Source: the human T2T-CHM13v2.0 reference genome, Homo sapiens. Taken from it: a stretch of DNA of 64,000 nucleotides. Location of the stretch: NCBI RefSeq assembly GCF_009914755.1, contig NC_060942.1; one strand, 5' to 3'. A program made the translations under genes and the position numbers. The notes under the pieces are model-generated. The model saw only the letters and a program-made list of their open reading frames with translations, made no database searches and had not been told where the DNA came from. Shown in pieces: positions 1 to 16,385 of the stretch (the first letter of the stretch is position 1; the number at the start of each line of letters is the position of its first letter).

Positions 1-94
1 GAAGAGATAGATTTGAGAATCCACACGAAAATTAAATGTGGTTGATGAGTAAGGAGGTCTAAAGGTTCTAAGAACAGCCAGAAAATAAAAATAA

Positions 95-519
<425 letters not shown>

Positions 520-529
520 TGAAATAAGG

Positions 530-1330
530 ACTCCAGAAACAGAACTAAGTATGTGTTTGAATATAATATATTGCAAACGTGGCAGTTGGAATAGGCAAGG
601 AAAAGATCAAGTATTTAATAATGGAGTTAGACCTTTTTTGCCTCCACTTGGGGAAAAATGAATTCCTACTAAGCATATAGATGAAAAATAATATTTTAAA
701 AACTTAAAGTTCTCCAATACAATATAGATTATATTTTATAATCTCAATTTCTATACTTAAACAATTTAAAGAGAAATTTATCAATGTTTTATGAATAAAA
801 AAACCTATAAAGCCTTATGGAAGGCAATAAAGAAGGCCTAAAGAAATGCAAAGGAATATGGTAGAGAAAGACTTTAGAAGCATCGTGGTAAACTTAGATG
901 CCATAAAGAGAAAGGTTAATGAATGGAAGTACATGAAAATTTAAAACTTTTGTTCAGCCAAAGATCCTGTCAACAATGTTAAGAAAAATAGTCATTGTGT
1001 ATAAGAACATATTTGCAACACTAAGCAGCAAAAAGGGTTCACATGCATAATATTTAAATTATGAATAAAAATAATGAAACCAACACAATAAAAAATGGTC
1101 AAAGCCTATAAAGAGGGAATCATAAGAAAATAAATATATAAATTCACAGGAAAGTAACTTTATATATCACCAAGCATATGACAAAATGCTCGATCTCACT
1201 AGTAATTAGAGAAATGTGGATTTTAAAAAACATACATTTACACATTACATTCATGTACATCCATCTTGATGTCCTCAAATTGTAAAGATATTCCCTATAT
1301 TCTAAGTGTCCTCTTAGTAGCATTGTGTAC
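530..1330 (+). mobile_element. Old L1 (L1M-type) fragment, late ORF2/3' region
   Basis: A-rich degenerate L1 motifs (aaaatttaaaacttttgttcagccaaagat; aaaatgctcgatctcactagtaattagagaaatg). Confidence 0.6.
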
Positions 1331-1534
1331 GATTGCATCTATTCTTAAAGCTTGTATGGAATTACTTAATATATAACAGCCAAAAACTATTCTTAATAAT
1401 ACTAAACCCTGAGAATGTGATAAGCAACCACTTTTTGCAGCTGCACTGAGGGAGAAACCAAATTAAGACAGATCTAGAATATAACATCGAAAGTAAATCT
1501 CTTATTGCATTTTACTGTTACAAAAGATAAACTA

Positions 1535-1676
1535 GGCTGGGTGCAGTGTGGCTCACACCTGTAATCCTAGCACTTTGGGAGGTCTACGTGGAAGGAACTC
1601 TTGAGCCCAGACCAGCCTGGGCTACATAGTGAGGCCCTGTCTGTATTTTTTAATATAAAAAAGTAAAAGAAAAAAA
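1535..1676 (+). mobile_element. Alu left monomer (FLAM-like), internally deleted
   Basis: ggctgggtgcagtgtggctcacacctgtaatcctagcactttggg ... A-rich end. Confidence 0.8.
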
Positions 1677-3552
1677 TTGTTCTAGAAATGTGCCCTATGG
1701 ATCCTTCAAGTAGTGGTCAAACATGAAAATAGTTTGCCAGGTCAAGGTAATATTTTCCATGTGTTACGTGCTATTATGGTGATTCCAGCTGCATCGCTTT
1801 ATAATACCAATGCCAAAAATTTCAACCAACAAACAAACTGAAAAATTCGTTTTCCTTTTAAGATCTTTTTTAGAAAAAGAGAATCGTAGCTGGAAGCATT
1901 TATAACCTAAAGTTCACTTCTCTTTAGAACTTGCGCATTAGATGACAAATGTGTTTCTTTGACTATTTTGCAACCTGACCCAGAGCAATGATATTGCCAA
2001 CATAAATGATGATGCCATTCCAAATGTTATCAGGGCAGTGACGGGAGTGGCTGTTTCATAAATGGTGTATATTCAAAGAAGAAGTGAAAGTCCGGCGTTT
2101 TGAAAAATGAGCGTCTGCTGGCTGAATGGGGAAATGAGGCATCATTGCAACAATCATTCACTCTGGCCACTCGTTATGAAATAAGGCACAATTCCCAAAT
2201 TTCAAAGTGAAACATCATTCAGAAGGAATTGAATAGTTCTTCTCTGGTGAGTCATTCCTGATAAAACAATGCATACATTAATAACACACAAAATATAAGG
2301 AAATGAACTGTTTTATCTTGCCCACTTATAGAACAGAGCCCTCCGCTATCAATATAAAGGTTACTATATGCCCATGTGCTCCGGATGCAGAAACGCTCAT
2401 TAAATAAACACCAAAATAGTGCATCGATGACTTTGTCTTTACCTCAAAAGAAAGTTGATCTGCTCAGAAGAAAGACAGTGTGCATATTCAGAAACATTAA
2501 CTCTCTCATGTTACGTTAATTATTTCCAATGTTGGTCTAACGAAATGGCACTCTTCTTTTTCCATCCTTCTCCCTAAATTACTTATGCTAAGTTAACTTT
2601 TCCTAGCTTATCAGAACTAAAGGGAGATTTTGATTTTTTGGGCTGGGAGGTCCCATTCATTATCATGACTTTAAAGTACAACCAATAATGGGAAGTTCTT
2701 AGGTGACAGTGAGCCAACCACACAAACAAGCTTGACCCTTTGTATCCGGAAGGCTGCCATTGCGAAGAAGAGCGTGTACAGTAATCATCAGACCACAAAG
2801 TTTTAAACCAGTGTCTCAAAAGACAAAATGACTAACTTTGCAACATATTACTGGAAATAACTTCAGATGGCTGGGATGCTTTTTCCCCCAAAGAAGGAAA
2901 TGCTTCCAGGTTATGGAGTCTAATGGGAGAATCTTTGGAGGTGATGGACCATCTTATGGAGCCATCTGCACCCTAAGTTTTGTTCATTTTCACGTTGTCT
3001 TCTCTCTGACTTACAAAAGTATTGGAATGTAAGGCTCTTCCATGGGACCCAGAGGAAACATTTTATGGCCTCAGGAGGTTAATCTAACTTCATTGTATTT
3101 CAAAAATGAACGTATTTGGCCTTGGTCATGACACTTTTATCAAATCATACTCATAAACATTAATGGCTTAAACTGAGAGGCTTTGATCCCTTGGGCTTTG
3201 GTGTGGACAATGGTACTTAGTAGGTGACAGTTCTCTGTTGAACTAGTTTCAGGGAATCAAACACAGGGCATTTTAGTAGTCAATCTGCTTTGGTAAAACG
3301 AAGCCTTTCTTTTCAGTAACCTTACCTATAATGGCTTTATAATCCGTATAGAAATGTAACTTTCATTAAAGTTGTTTACTTTTGTAGTTGCCTCTTGAGT
3401 TATTTCTACTTTATAATAATACCTGACATTTGTTACCATTTATCCAATGCCTGGCTACTGTTAGATAAAGAAATCATGACTTTGAGAGATCACATAGTGT
3501 TGAAGGTAATTCCAATGGAAACTTGGCCTTTTAACTTCCACATTCCTATTCT

Positions 3553-3913
3553 GTCTTCTCCTTCTCCTTCTCCTCCTCCTCCTCTTCCTCCTCCTCCTTC
3601 TTCTTCTTCTTTTTTTTTTTTTTTTTTTTTGACAGAGTCTCACTCTGTTGCCCAGGCTGGAGTGCAGTGGTGCAATCTCAGCTCACTGCAACCTCTGCTT
3701 CCTGGGTTAAAGTGATTCTCCGCCTCAGCCTCCCAAGTAGCTGGGATTACAGGCGGATGCCACCACACCCAGCTAATTTTTTTTGTATTTCTAGTAGAGA
3801 GGGGGGTTTCACCATTTTGGTCAGGCTGATCTTGAACTCATGACCTCAAGTGATCTGCCTGCCTTGGCCTCCCAAAGTGCTGGGATTACAGGGGTGAGCC
3901 ACTGCGCCCGGCC
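3553..3913 (-). mobile_element. Alu SINE with (TCC)n(TTC)n-extended tail
   Basis: Antisense Alu ending cccggcc at 3913; poly-T preceded by triplet repeats. Confidence 0.93.
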
Positions 3914-3959
3914 AACATCTCCTTCTATTTCTTGGGGAATCCAGCCTGGATTCTCATTT

Positions 3960-4420
3960 GGGTTCCTCTTCCTCTAACTTGCCCTTACATGCTTTTATTC
4001 CCTAATACTTTATAATTGTTTATATTCTGTTTTTATTGTACATTCTGTTTATGGACAATCTCATCTCCTCAATGGCTTCTACTACCAACCTTATGCTAAT
4101 CACTCCCAAATCTATTTGTAGTCTAGAGATCTCTTGAACTTCAAAACTGAAGTTTTAAGTAACTACTGTACATTTCTATCCAGATGTTCCACAAGTACCA
4201 AAAAATTGTCATGAACCCCAAATGAACACATACCTTTCTCCTCAAATTTTCTTATTTTTTTAATCCACATTGAGATGAATGGCACTGAAATCTACCCAGT
4301 CAACCAAACTAGAAATCCAGAAATTTATCCTGTCTCTTTTTCTTAACTGTCCAAATCCAGCTGATAATCATATTTTCTTGTTTCTACTTCCTATATACAT
4401 TTAAATATGGTTTCTTCTCT
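3960..4420 (+). mobile_element. L2 LINE fragment
   Basis: Degenerate L2 motifs (cttatgctaatcactcccaaatctat, tgaatggcactgaaatctacccagtc). Confidence 0.55.
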
Positions 4421-4429
4421 CTCTTTCCT

Positions 4430-4992
4430 TGTTTCCAACTTTTTGGATTTGGGGTTACATGTGCAGGTTTGCTACATGAATATATTGTGTGTGATACTGA
4501 GGTTTTGGGGTATGAGTGATCTCATCACCCAGGTAGTGAGCACCACAGTACCCAACAGTTAGTCTTTCGACCCTTGTCCCCTCCCTCCATCCCCTCTCTA
4601 GTAGTCCCCAGAGTCTGTTGTTGCCATCTTCATGTCTGCGTGTACCCACTGTTTAGCTCCCATTTATAAGTGACAACATGTGGCATTTGGTTTTTGTTTC
4701 CTGCGTTAATTTGCTTCAGATGATGGCTTCCAGCTGCATCCATGTTGCTGTGAAGGACATGATTTCATTGTTATGGCTGTGTAGTATTCCATGGTGTGTA
4801 TGCACCATATTTCTTTATCCAGCCCACTGCTGATAGGCACCTAGATTGATTCCATGTCTTTGCTATTGTGAACAGTGCTGCAATAAACATACACGTGCAT
4901 GTGTCCTTTTGGTAGAAGGATTTATTTTCCTTTGGATATCTACCTGGTAGTGGGATTGCTGGGTCGAATGGTAGTTCCATATTCAGTTCTTG
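4430..4992 (-). mobile_element. L1 3' end (older primate L1PA/L1PB-type)
   Basis: ttacatgtgcaggtttgctacatg...; ORF 4771-4980 translates an L1 ORF2 C-terminal segment (PFDPAIPLPGRYPKENKSFYQKDTCTCMFIAALFTIAKTWNQ). Confidence 0.9.
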
Positions 4993-4999
4993 CCTCTCT

Positions 5000-5590
5000 C
5001 TCCTTCAGCACTTCTTGGTCTACTGCTTCCTCAGTCCAGGCTTCACCTTGGTTCTCCTAACCATGCTCCTATCATGAGTCCTGTATCCTTGAATGTATCT
5101 CTCTTGTCCTGCTAGTTACTTCGACACTCTCTTACGGAGGCTCCTTGGGTGAATCCTCTTAACCACAGGAGAAACTCTAAACTCTTTACCTGATTTTCCA
5201 GTCTCCTCGTTTGCTGTTTCCCCACGTGATCACGCATGCCCTCGCAAGTTTCATCTTTGCACACACTGTTTCTATGGCCTGGAATGCTCTCCTTCCTCTG
5301 CTTTCCACCCACCAAACTCTTCAACTCATTTTAGCAGGTCACTGGGTGTTAGAACCTCTATTTAGGTCATTTCCCTTCAGAAGGCCTCCTTTGTTCTTCC
5401 CAGACTAAAGTCCTCCATCTGTACCCCTATAGTGGCTTTTATACTTCTCTGTTACACACTTTTCCCATTGTTGTAATTATTAATATTTGGTTATACGTTT
5501 GTGTACTCTTCAGATTTCTGAGCTCTTAGAAGCAGAATCAATATTTCATTCATTTTGTTACACAGTGGTACACTGGCACTTAAATGTCTT
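5000..5590 (+). mobile_element. L2 LINE fragment
   Basis: tttgcacacactgtttctatggcctggaatgctct and L2 3'-end-like sequence. Confidence 0.55.
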
Positions 5591-5688
5591 ACTTTAATTA
5601 CCACTAATAACCCCTAACACTTGAGTGCTTCCTTTATGCCGGGCACTGTCTTTAAATCATCTCATGAAATGGATGAGTAAATAAATAA

Positions 5689-7475
<1,787 letters not shown>

Positions 7476-8329
7476 GCATAAAAATTTTATAGGAAAACAT
7501 TTGAGATAAATGAGCAAGAAACTTTACATAAGGGGGTGGGACTTCTGGAATGACAGAGAGGAATTAGGTTAACATATTGGCAAAACGATTAAAATCAACC
7601 ATTCCTGAACTAAGTAACCAAAGGCAGGGAACGAACAAACTCATTTATCCAAGAAAAACTGCTGATTTTAGATAAAAACAATGGGGTCTTTGGAGATTTA
7701 ACTTGGGGATATGCCCATTGCCCTGCTCCCCGGTGCTGGCATGCTAGCTGTGAACAGATGGCAGCCTTGCAGCCAACAGAGTGGATGCACCCTTTTGGAG
7801 CTCTGTTGAAACCACCATCTCCAGTGAACAGTTAATATTTTTACTGGTCTCACATCTCCCCTCGAAAGCCTGGATCCCAGGGCATCAGAACTATTTGATC
7901 TGATTGGAAGCTCTGCTCTGTGGAAAAGCCCTATCCCCAGGCTGTTATTGAAAACAACAAAGAACTTGGCCCAAAATTTCAAAGAAAGACCTAGGGAACT
8001 TGAAAAGTTCTGATATATTGCTGAGAATCTAGAAGACTTTATGCATGTTACAGGGATGTGTGCATGCTGAGGAAAGACCTGGGAAAGGAAAGGAGCTCCA
8101 TCGCTCACCTGTGGCTGACCTTGAGATCCTGCACAAGCAGGAAGTAAATACTAAGGCTGATTTGTAAGCTGCCTGAAATTTGGAAGTATGCCTTCACATA
8201 CAGTTTCCCTTAGCAAAGGTGGAAGACTTGTTGGCTTAAGGTATTTAAAGACATATTCTGACCAATCATTGGCTGATCACTAAACTATGCTAATTTCACA
8301 GTGAACCCAAGGAAGCCAGGCTTAAAAAT

Positions 8330-8803
8330 ACTGTTGTCCTTGGGAATCTGTGGGGGATTGGTTCCAGGACTCCCTGCAAATACCAAAACCTGGAGACGCT
8401 CAAGTCCCTTATGTAAATGGCATAGTATTTGCAAATAACCTATGCACATCCTCCCATCTATTTTATTTATTTATTTTTGAGACAGGGTCTCACTCCCATC
8501 ATCTAGGCTAGAGTGCAGTGGCATGATCATGGCTCACTGCAGCCTTAACTTCTCAGGCTCAGGAGATTCTCTCATCTCAGCCTCCTGAGTAGTTGGAACT
8601 ACAGGCACATGCCACCATACCCTGCTAATTTTTTTGTATTTTTAGTAGAGATGAGGTTTCACCATGTTGTCCAGGCTGGTCTTGAACTCTTGGGTCCAAG
8701 CAATCTGCCTGCCTCTGCTCCCAAAGTGCTGAAATTACACGCATGAGCCACCGTACTCAGCCTCCTACTTCAAATAATCTCTAGATTACTTATAATACTG
8801 AAT
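8330..8803 (+). mobile_element. MER2-like TcMar-Tigger DNA transposon, split by Alu
   Basis: atctgtgggggattggttccagga...ctcaagtcccttat...gcacatcctccc, resuming tacttcaaataatctctagattacttataatac after the Alu. Confidence 0.75.
8459..8762 (-). mobile_element. Alu SINE (AluJ-like)
   Basis: Antisense Alu dimer. Confidence 0.92.
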
Positions 8804-8804
8804 A

Positions 8805-9530
<726 letters not shown>

Positions 9531-10493
9531 ATTGATTTGAACTAGATTAAGATAAGATACATATTGTAATCTCTGGAGTAACCATTATGAAAATAATTTA
9601 AAAATATTTAGTAAAGAAAACCAAAGGATTTTTTCACTAGAAAAAATATATATAACACAAAAGAAAGCAATAATGGAGGAACAGAGGCAACAAAGAGACA
9701 CAGACATATAGAAAACAAATAGCAAAATGGCAAATCTAAATCCTACCATAGAAATAATTATATTACATGCAAATGGATTAAACTTCCCTATCAAAAGGCT
9801 GAGATTGTCAGACTGGATAAAAAACAGAATCCAATTCTATGCAGCCTGTCAGAGACTTTCAATTCAAAGACACAAATAGGTTGAAAGCAAAAGGCTTGCA
9901 AAAATATAGCATGCAAAAAACAAAAAACAACAAAAAAACAAAAAACAAAAACAAAACCCAAAAAAGAACTGGAGAGGCTATACTAATTTCAGACCAAATA
10001 TACTTTAGGACAAAAAACAAAGTTAATAAAGACACAAGGGGCGTCTTATAACAACAAAAGTCTTAGTACATCAGGAAAAATCTTACAATTATAAACATAT
10101 GCACCTAACAATAGAGTCCCAAAATACATGAAGCACAAACTGACAGAATTGAAGGTATAAATGAATAATTCAACAATAGTAGTTAGACACTTCAATACTT
10201 GACTCTCAGCAATGGATAACACAATTAGAAATCAACAAGGAAACCGAAGACCTCGAAGACACTATCAACCAAACAGAACTAACGGATACCTATAGAACAC
10301 TCCACTAAACAAAACCAGAATACATACTATTTTCAAGTGCACTGAACTATCTCTAGGGTAGACCACATAATAGGTCATAAAACAAGCCTGAATAAATTTT
10401 AGAAGATTGAAAGTAGACAAAGTATGTTCAGTAATTATAATAGAAGTAAACTGGAAATTAGTAACAAAAGGAAATTTTGGAACCGCACAATAA

Positions 10494-10809
<316 letters not shown>

Positions 10810-11588
10810 TACACCACACATTTTTAAAAACTGTAGGTCAAAGAGAAAGTTGCAAGGGAAATTACAAAGTATTTTGAACTAAATAACAATAGAAACCCAA
10901 CATATGAAAACTTATAGGATGCAGTTAAAACAGTAGTTACAGGAAAATTAATAACTTTAAATATCTATGTTAGAAAAAAGAAATTATCTCAAATTAATAA
11001 TCTAAACTTTCACCTTAATAGTCTTGAAAAAGAGCAATTTAAATCCAGTGCAAGCAGAATGAAGCATATAATAGCTATTATAGTGGAAATAAATGAAATG
11101 GAAAGCAAAAGAAAAACGAATTAGTTGTTTTTGAACAAAAGTAGGCTCTTTAAAAAAATCAATACTTTAGCAAGATTAAACAAGAAAAAAGAGAAGAAAC
11201 AAATGATCAGAATTAGAAAAAAGAGAGGAAACATTATGACTGACATCAGAAAGTAAAAAGATTGTAAGAGAATACTGAAGTCAGCAACTGAGACAAAATA
11301 GAAAAAAATTCTAAAAAAACCCCCAAATTACCAAAACTGCCTCAAGAAGAAATAAAAAATCTGAATAGATCTCCAACAGCTAAATAAATTTAATTTTTAA
11401 ATAAAAATCTTTCCATAAATAATAGTTCAGGCTCAGATCGTTTCACTGGTGGATTATGTCAAACATTTAAAGAGGTAATATCAATAGTCTATCAACCCTT
11501 CCAGAAAATAGAGGAAGAATAAATATTTCCAAACTCAATCCATGAGAGTAGTATCACCCTGAGATCAAAGCCAAAGATACTGCAAGGA

Positions 11589-11893
11589 GGCCAGATGTAG
11601 TGGCTCATGCCCGTAACCCCAGCACTTTGGGAGGCCAAGGCAGGCAGATCACGAGGTCAGGAGTTCAAGACCAGCCTGGCCAAAATGGCGAAACCCCATC
11701 TCTACTAAAAATACAAAAATTAGCCTGGTGTGGTGGCATGCGCCTGTAGTCCCAGCTACTTAGGAGGCTTGAGTCAGGAGAATCGCTTGAAACCGGGAGG
11801 CAGAGGTTGCAGTGAGCCAAGACTGTGCCATTGCACTCCAGCCTGGGTGACAGAGCGAGACTCCACCTCAAATTAAATAAATAAATAAATAAA
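11589..11893 (+). mobile_element. Alu SINE (AluS-like)
   Basis: Sense Alu, (TAAA)n tail, tgcaagga on both flanks. Confidence 0.94.
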
Positions 11894-12296
11894 TGGTGCA
11901 AGGAAAGGAAACTACCTACTAATAGCCCTCATTAATATACACCCAAAAATTCCCAACAAAACAATAGTAAACGGAATCCCACAAAATACAAAAAGGATTA
12001 CACATGATGACCAAGTCAGACATACTTCAGGAATGCAAGGTTGGTTTAGTATCTGAAAATCAATTAATATAATACACCATATTAAGGAAACAAAGGACTA
12101 AACCCACAAGATCGTCTCACATAGAAGTAGATAATGCATTTGATTAAACCCAACAGCTATTAATGATAAAGACTGAATAAACTTGAAATAGCAGAAAACT
12201 TTTTTAATCTCACAAAGGGCATTTACTAAAGACCAGCAGGGAATATCACACTTAATGGTGGAAGACTGAAGGCTTTTTCTATAAGACTGAGAGAGG

Positions 12297-12587
12297 GTGG
12301 ACGCGGTGGCTGTTGCCTGTAATCCCAGCACTTTGGGAGGCCAAGGCGGGTGGATCATGAGGTCAGAAATTCAAGACCAGCCTGGCCAAGATGGTGAAAC
12401 CTCGTCTCTACTAAAAATACAAAAAAATTAGCCAGGTTTGGTGGTGGGTGCCTGTAATCCTAGCTACTCGGGAGGCTGAGGCAGAGAATTGCTTGAACTG
12501 GGGAGGCGGAGGTTGCAGTGAGCCAAGATTGCACTCCAGCCTGGGTGACAGAGCGAGACTCTATCTTGAGAAAAAAAAAAAAAAAAA
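12297..12587 (+). mobile_element. Alu SINE (AluS-like)
   Basis: Sense Alu, TSD aagactgagag. Confidence 0.94.
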
Positions 12588-12947
12588 GACTGAGAGCAAG
12601 GCGAGGATAACTGTTCTTGTCACTTCATTTCAGCATCATTATTGGAGTTTCTAGCCAGTGCAAACAATTAAGAAACAGGAACAAAAATTTTACATAATAC
12701 CCAACGTATTCAAACCTGACCAATGAAATCTGGACACTGCACAATAAGTCTTGGCTTTGTCATTAACTATTTGAAAGACTGAAAAAAGTGACTTTAAACT
12801 CTTGGGATTCAGTTTTCTAATCTGTAAAATGAGAGAGCTCAAAATTTCTATGAAGCTATAATAACGGGAGCTTCAGTTTACAGTGAATCTCTTGATGATA
12901 TTGATCATTATTGGCCAAAATTATTCACAGACTATTTTTATTTATAG

Positions 12948-13188
12948 ACTCAGGGTCTAACTCAAAGCCACTTTCTGTCTGAAGCTCTCCCTAATGCCTG
13001 CGCTCCAAATGAGTCTCTTCTTTTTCTGCCCTCTTATGGTTGCTTGCTTGCACATCTATTTATAAGCTTAACATGGATTATATTGAAGTCAGTTCTGCAT
13101 GTCCTTCTTAACCTGGAGATGTGAAATTCTCAAGGGCAGGAATCACATGTCCTCCATAACATCCAGCATAAGCGTCATGCATAGTTGG
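12948..13188 (+). repeat. Left arm of ~240-bp inverted repeat (L2-like sequence)
   Basis: Reverse complement of 14064-14303; about 18 differences in 241 bp by manual alignment. Confidence 0.93.
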
Positions 13189-14063
13189 ATTAGTCATGCA
13201 TATGACTCATGCATATGACTCCTCCAGCATAAGCGTCACGCATAGTAGGATTGCAGATGCCCGACTTTCTTCCTTTGTTCCAGATATTTGCATTGCCGGC
13301 CAGAGTCCCTTTACAAATTTTACGTTTTTTGCAACAACACAGTTTTCCTTAAACATTAATTTTCCTTCTGTTTCTTAGGAGTGTGACTTCATAAAGGGAT
13401 CTATTTCACCAACCAATGTGCCCCATCCGAAGATCTCAGTTTATACACAGGGACAACTTCTAAAGTTTAAGATACAAATTAGAGGAACAAACTCCTATAG
13501 ACCCCTTCTATATTCTTGTTCTTCCTCCGTAAAGGTTTGACACGGGGCATAAATGTCATCATTATTTCTGGGAGACATTGCTATTGTGAAGAGCTGTAGA
13601 CTTTGGTATCTCCTAGAAGCTCAGGGTTCAGGGTAGGGTGAAAGGGAGTTGAGAGAATAATCTTGGGGATTCAGTTGATGCTGCAACTTATTATTTGCTC
13701 CATCTATATTGCTCTGCCAAAAAAAAAAAAAAACAAAACCCAACCTGATTTGGTTGGGGATTTCTGAATGCTCAACTGGAGAAACTGTTCAAAAACCACA
13801 GGCTCACTATGTGCAAAGCCACATGCTAGAAGCTGGAATAACCCATTTTAGTTATCAAGTTGGCTTTATCCAAAATGAAGGTGTTGTCCTTTTCATAATA
13901 ATTCATCAGACGTAGAAATTATCAACATAAAATGCAATTCTTTCAGCGTGCCAAATATGTTTATCCATCATATTTAGACTCTTGTGGCACTTGGAACTTA
14001 AATGTTCTTTCCTCAGTTATCAAGGCTATGCAACATTAGATTTAAAGCAATACAAAATGAATG

Positions 14064-14303
14064 CCGACTATGCATGACGCTTATGCTGGATGTCATGGAG
14101 GACATGTGATTCCTGCCCCTGGGAATTTCACATCTCCAGGTTAAGATGAACATGCAGAACTGACTTCAGTGTAATTCATGTTAAGCTTATAACAGATGTG
14201 CAAGCAAGCAACCATAAGAGGGCAGAAAAAGAAGAGACTCATTTGGAGTGCAGCCATTAGGAAAAGCTTCAGACAGAAAGTGGCTTTAAGTTACACCTTG
14301 AGT
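14064..14303 (-). repeat. Right arm of ~240-bp inverted repeat; L2-like sequence continues to ~14400
   Basis: Reverse complement of 12948-13188; followed by L2-like cattccagatccagggagctgcaagggcaaaaacctggagg. Confidence 0.93.
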
Positions 14304-15529
14304 GGTAAGACTGTCACCAGGTAAAAGTGAGCCAGACATAGTCATTCCAGATCCAGGGAGCTGCAAGGGCAAAAACCTGGAGGCAGAGGTACAGGCAGCG
14401 GCCGGGGTGCCAGACACTCAGGATGCCGGTGTATCCAAAGCTGAGCCTGTTCTGGTCAGAGGCCTATTGAAGTGAGGTGTAATGCTCTGCTGGTCAGTTT
14501 CTTCATCAAAACGTGGGCTTCCCGAGGGCAGTGACCACAGCTGGCATCATGGGAATACATCATTGTAATCCCCAATGTCAGCACAGGGTCCGACATGTAT
14601 TAGGCCTCCTTATATGTTTGTTATGTAAGTGTGTGGGGGGCAGGGGTGGTAGGGTGTGAAGCCTGGCCAAGACATTGTGACAAGAGGCCCAGTGGGACTG
14701 TGATGAGGGCCTGGAGAAAATCAGGGAACTGCGGAAGGAAGACAGGAGGGGCGACACAGGGCCAATCCAAGAGGAAGCAGTTGAGAGGTCAGACCTGCCG
14801 AGTTCTGCTCCTGGGTGACAGGAGGCAAGTGGCGACACCTTTTACCTGATATCTAGAGTACAGTCAGGCCCAGGGGAATTAGTTTCTTTTTTTGGGAGCA
14901 GTAAGGAAATAATCTATCTTAATACTTCAATGTGCCTAGCAGAGTTTTATTGCCAGCTGGCTGGGGATACAGCAGGCAGTACAGAAAGAATTGTTTCCAA
15001 AGTATGCCAGGCAGGAGTTTTGGGCTACAGGCTGCTTTCATGATCGCAGGAGGTCTGTGTGAGAACGCGGTCATACACATGTGGGCAAATCACTGTCCAG
15101 AACTGAACAGCAACTAAAGCTAAGTGGGGCACCTCTTCCTTCTGGTCCAGGGCTGCCAGTTTTATAAAAACAATCCTTTGCATTGCCTCAAAATAACTCC
15201 TGCAATTACCTTCACTTAATTTCCATTTGCGTAGGACCAAATTGATCACCAAATCAATTACAACAATCCAGATAAAAATGTGATTTTCTGTGGGGGGTGG
15301 TTCCCTGTAGCATAAATAGTTTTACAGCGGGAAGTTTGTTCTGGTGGATTTGGCTCTTCAATTCGTTGAACACTGGTTCATCAGTCTGAGTTTTGGTTGG
15401 GTCCGTGACACTGTGCAAGCCACAGCTTCCTCTTTAAAACAGAGCTAACAATATCCACCTTATGGAATTGTGTGAATTTACTGCGTAATAAACATCTGTC
15501 TGTCTCTCTGTCTTTCTCGTGCTCCCCCT

Positions 15530-16385
15530 TCATTGTGGCAAAATACACATAATATAAAATCCACTGAATTCACCATTTTAAGGGTACAGTTCGGTGGCAT
15601 TAAGGATAGTCACATTTTTGTGCAATCACTGCCACTGTGCATCTCCAAAAGTTTTTTCTTATCCCAAACTGAAACCCTGTACCCATTAGACACGAACTCC
15701 CCGTTTCCCTCCCTCCCCCAGCCTCTGGCAACCAACATTCTACTTTCTGTATCTATGAATTTGGTCACTCTAGGCACCTCATATAAGTGGAATCATACAA
15801 AATTTGTCCTTTTGTGACTGTCTTATATTTCTCCTGGCATAATGTCTTCAAGGTCCATCCACAATGTCGAGTGTGACAGGATTTCCTTCCTTCAAGGCTG
15901 AATCATACTCTGTTGAATGTGATTTGGTTTATCCATTAGCCATAGATGAACACTTGGGTTGCTTCCACCTTTTGGTTATTGTGAATAATGCTGTGATGAG
16001 TACGAGTGTATCTGTTTCAGTCCCTTCTTTCTTTCTTTCTTTTTTTTTTTTTTTAAGACGGAGTCTCACTCTGTTGCCCAGGCTGGAGTGCAGTGGCGTG
16101 ATCTAGGCTCACTGCAACCTCTGCCTCCCAGGTTCAAGCTATTCTCCTGCTTCAGCCTCCTGAGTAGCTGGGAATATAGGCATGTGCCACCACGTCGGGC
16201 TAATTTTTGTATTTTTAGTAGAGACGGGGTTTCACCATGTTGGCTAGGCTGGTCCCAAACTCCTGACCCTGTGATCTGCCAGCCTCAGCCTCCCAAAGTG
16301 CTAGGATTACAGGCGTGAGCCACAGTGCCTGGTCTCAGTCCCTGCTTTCAATTCTTTCAGGTATATACCCAGAAGTAGGAATCTC
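15530..16385 (-). mobile_element. L1MB-type 3' end, split by Alu
   Basis: attgtggcaaaatacacataatataaaat...gaataatgctgtgatgag...gtatatacccagaagtagga. Confidence 0.85.
16026..16333 (-). mobile_element. Alu SINE (AluS-like)
   Basis: Antisense Alu, tcagtccct on both flanks. Confidence 0.94.
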
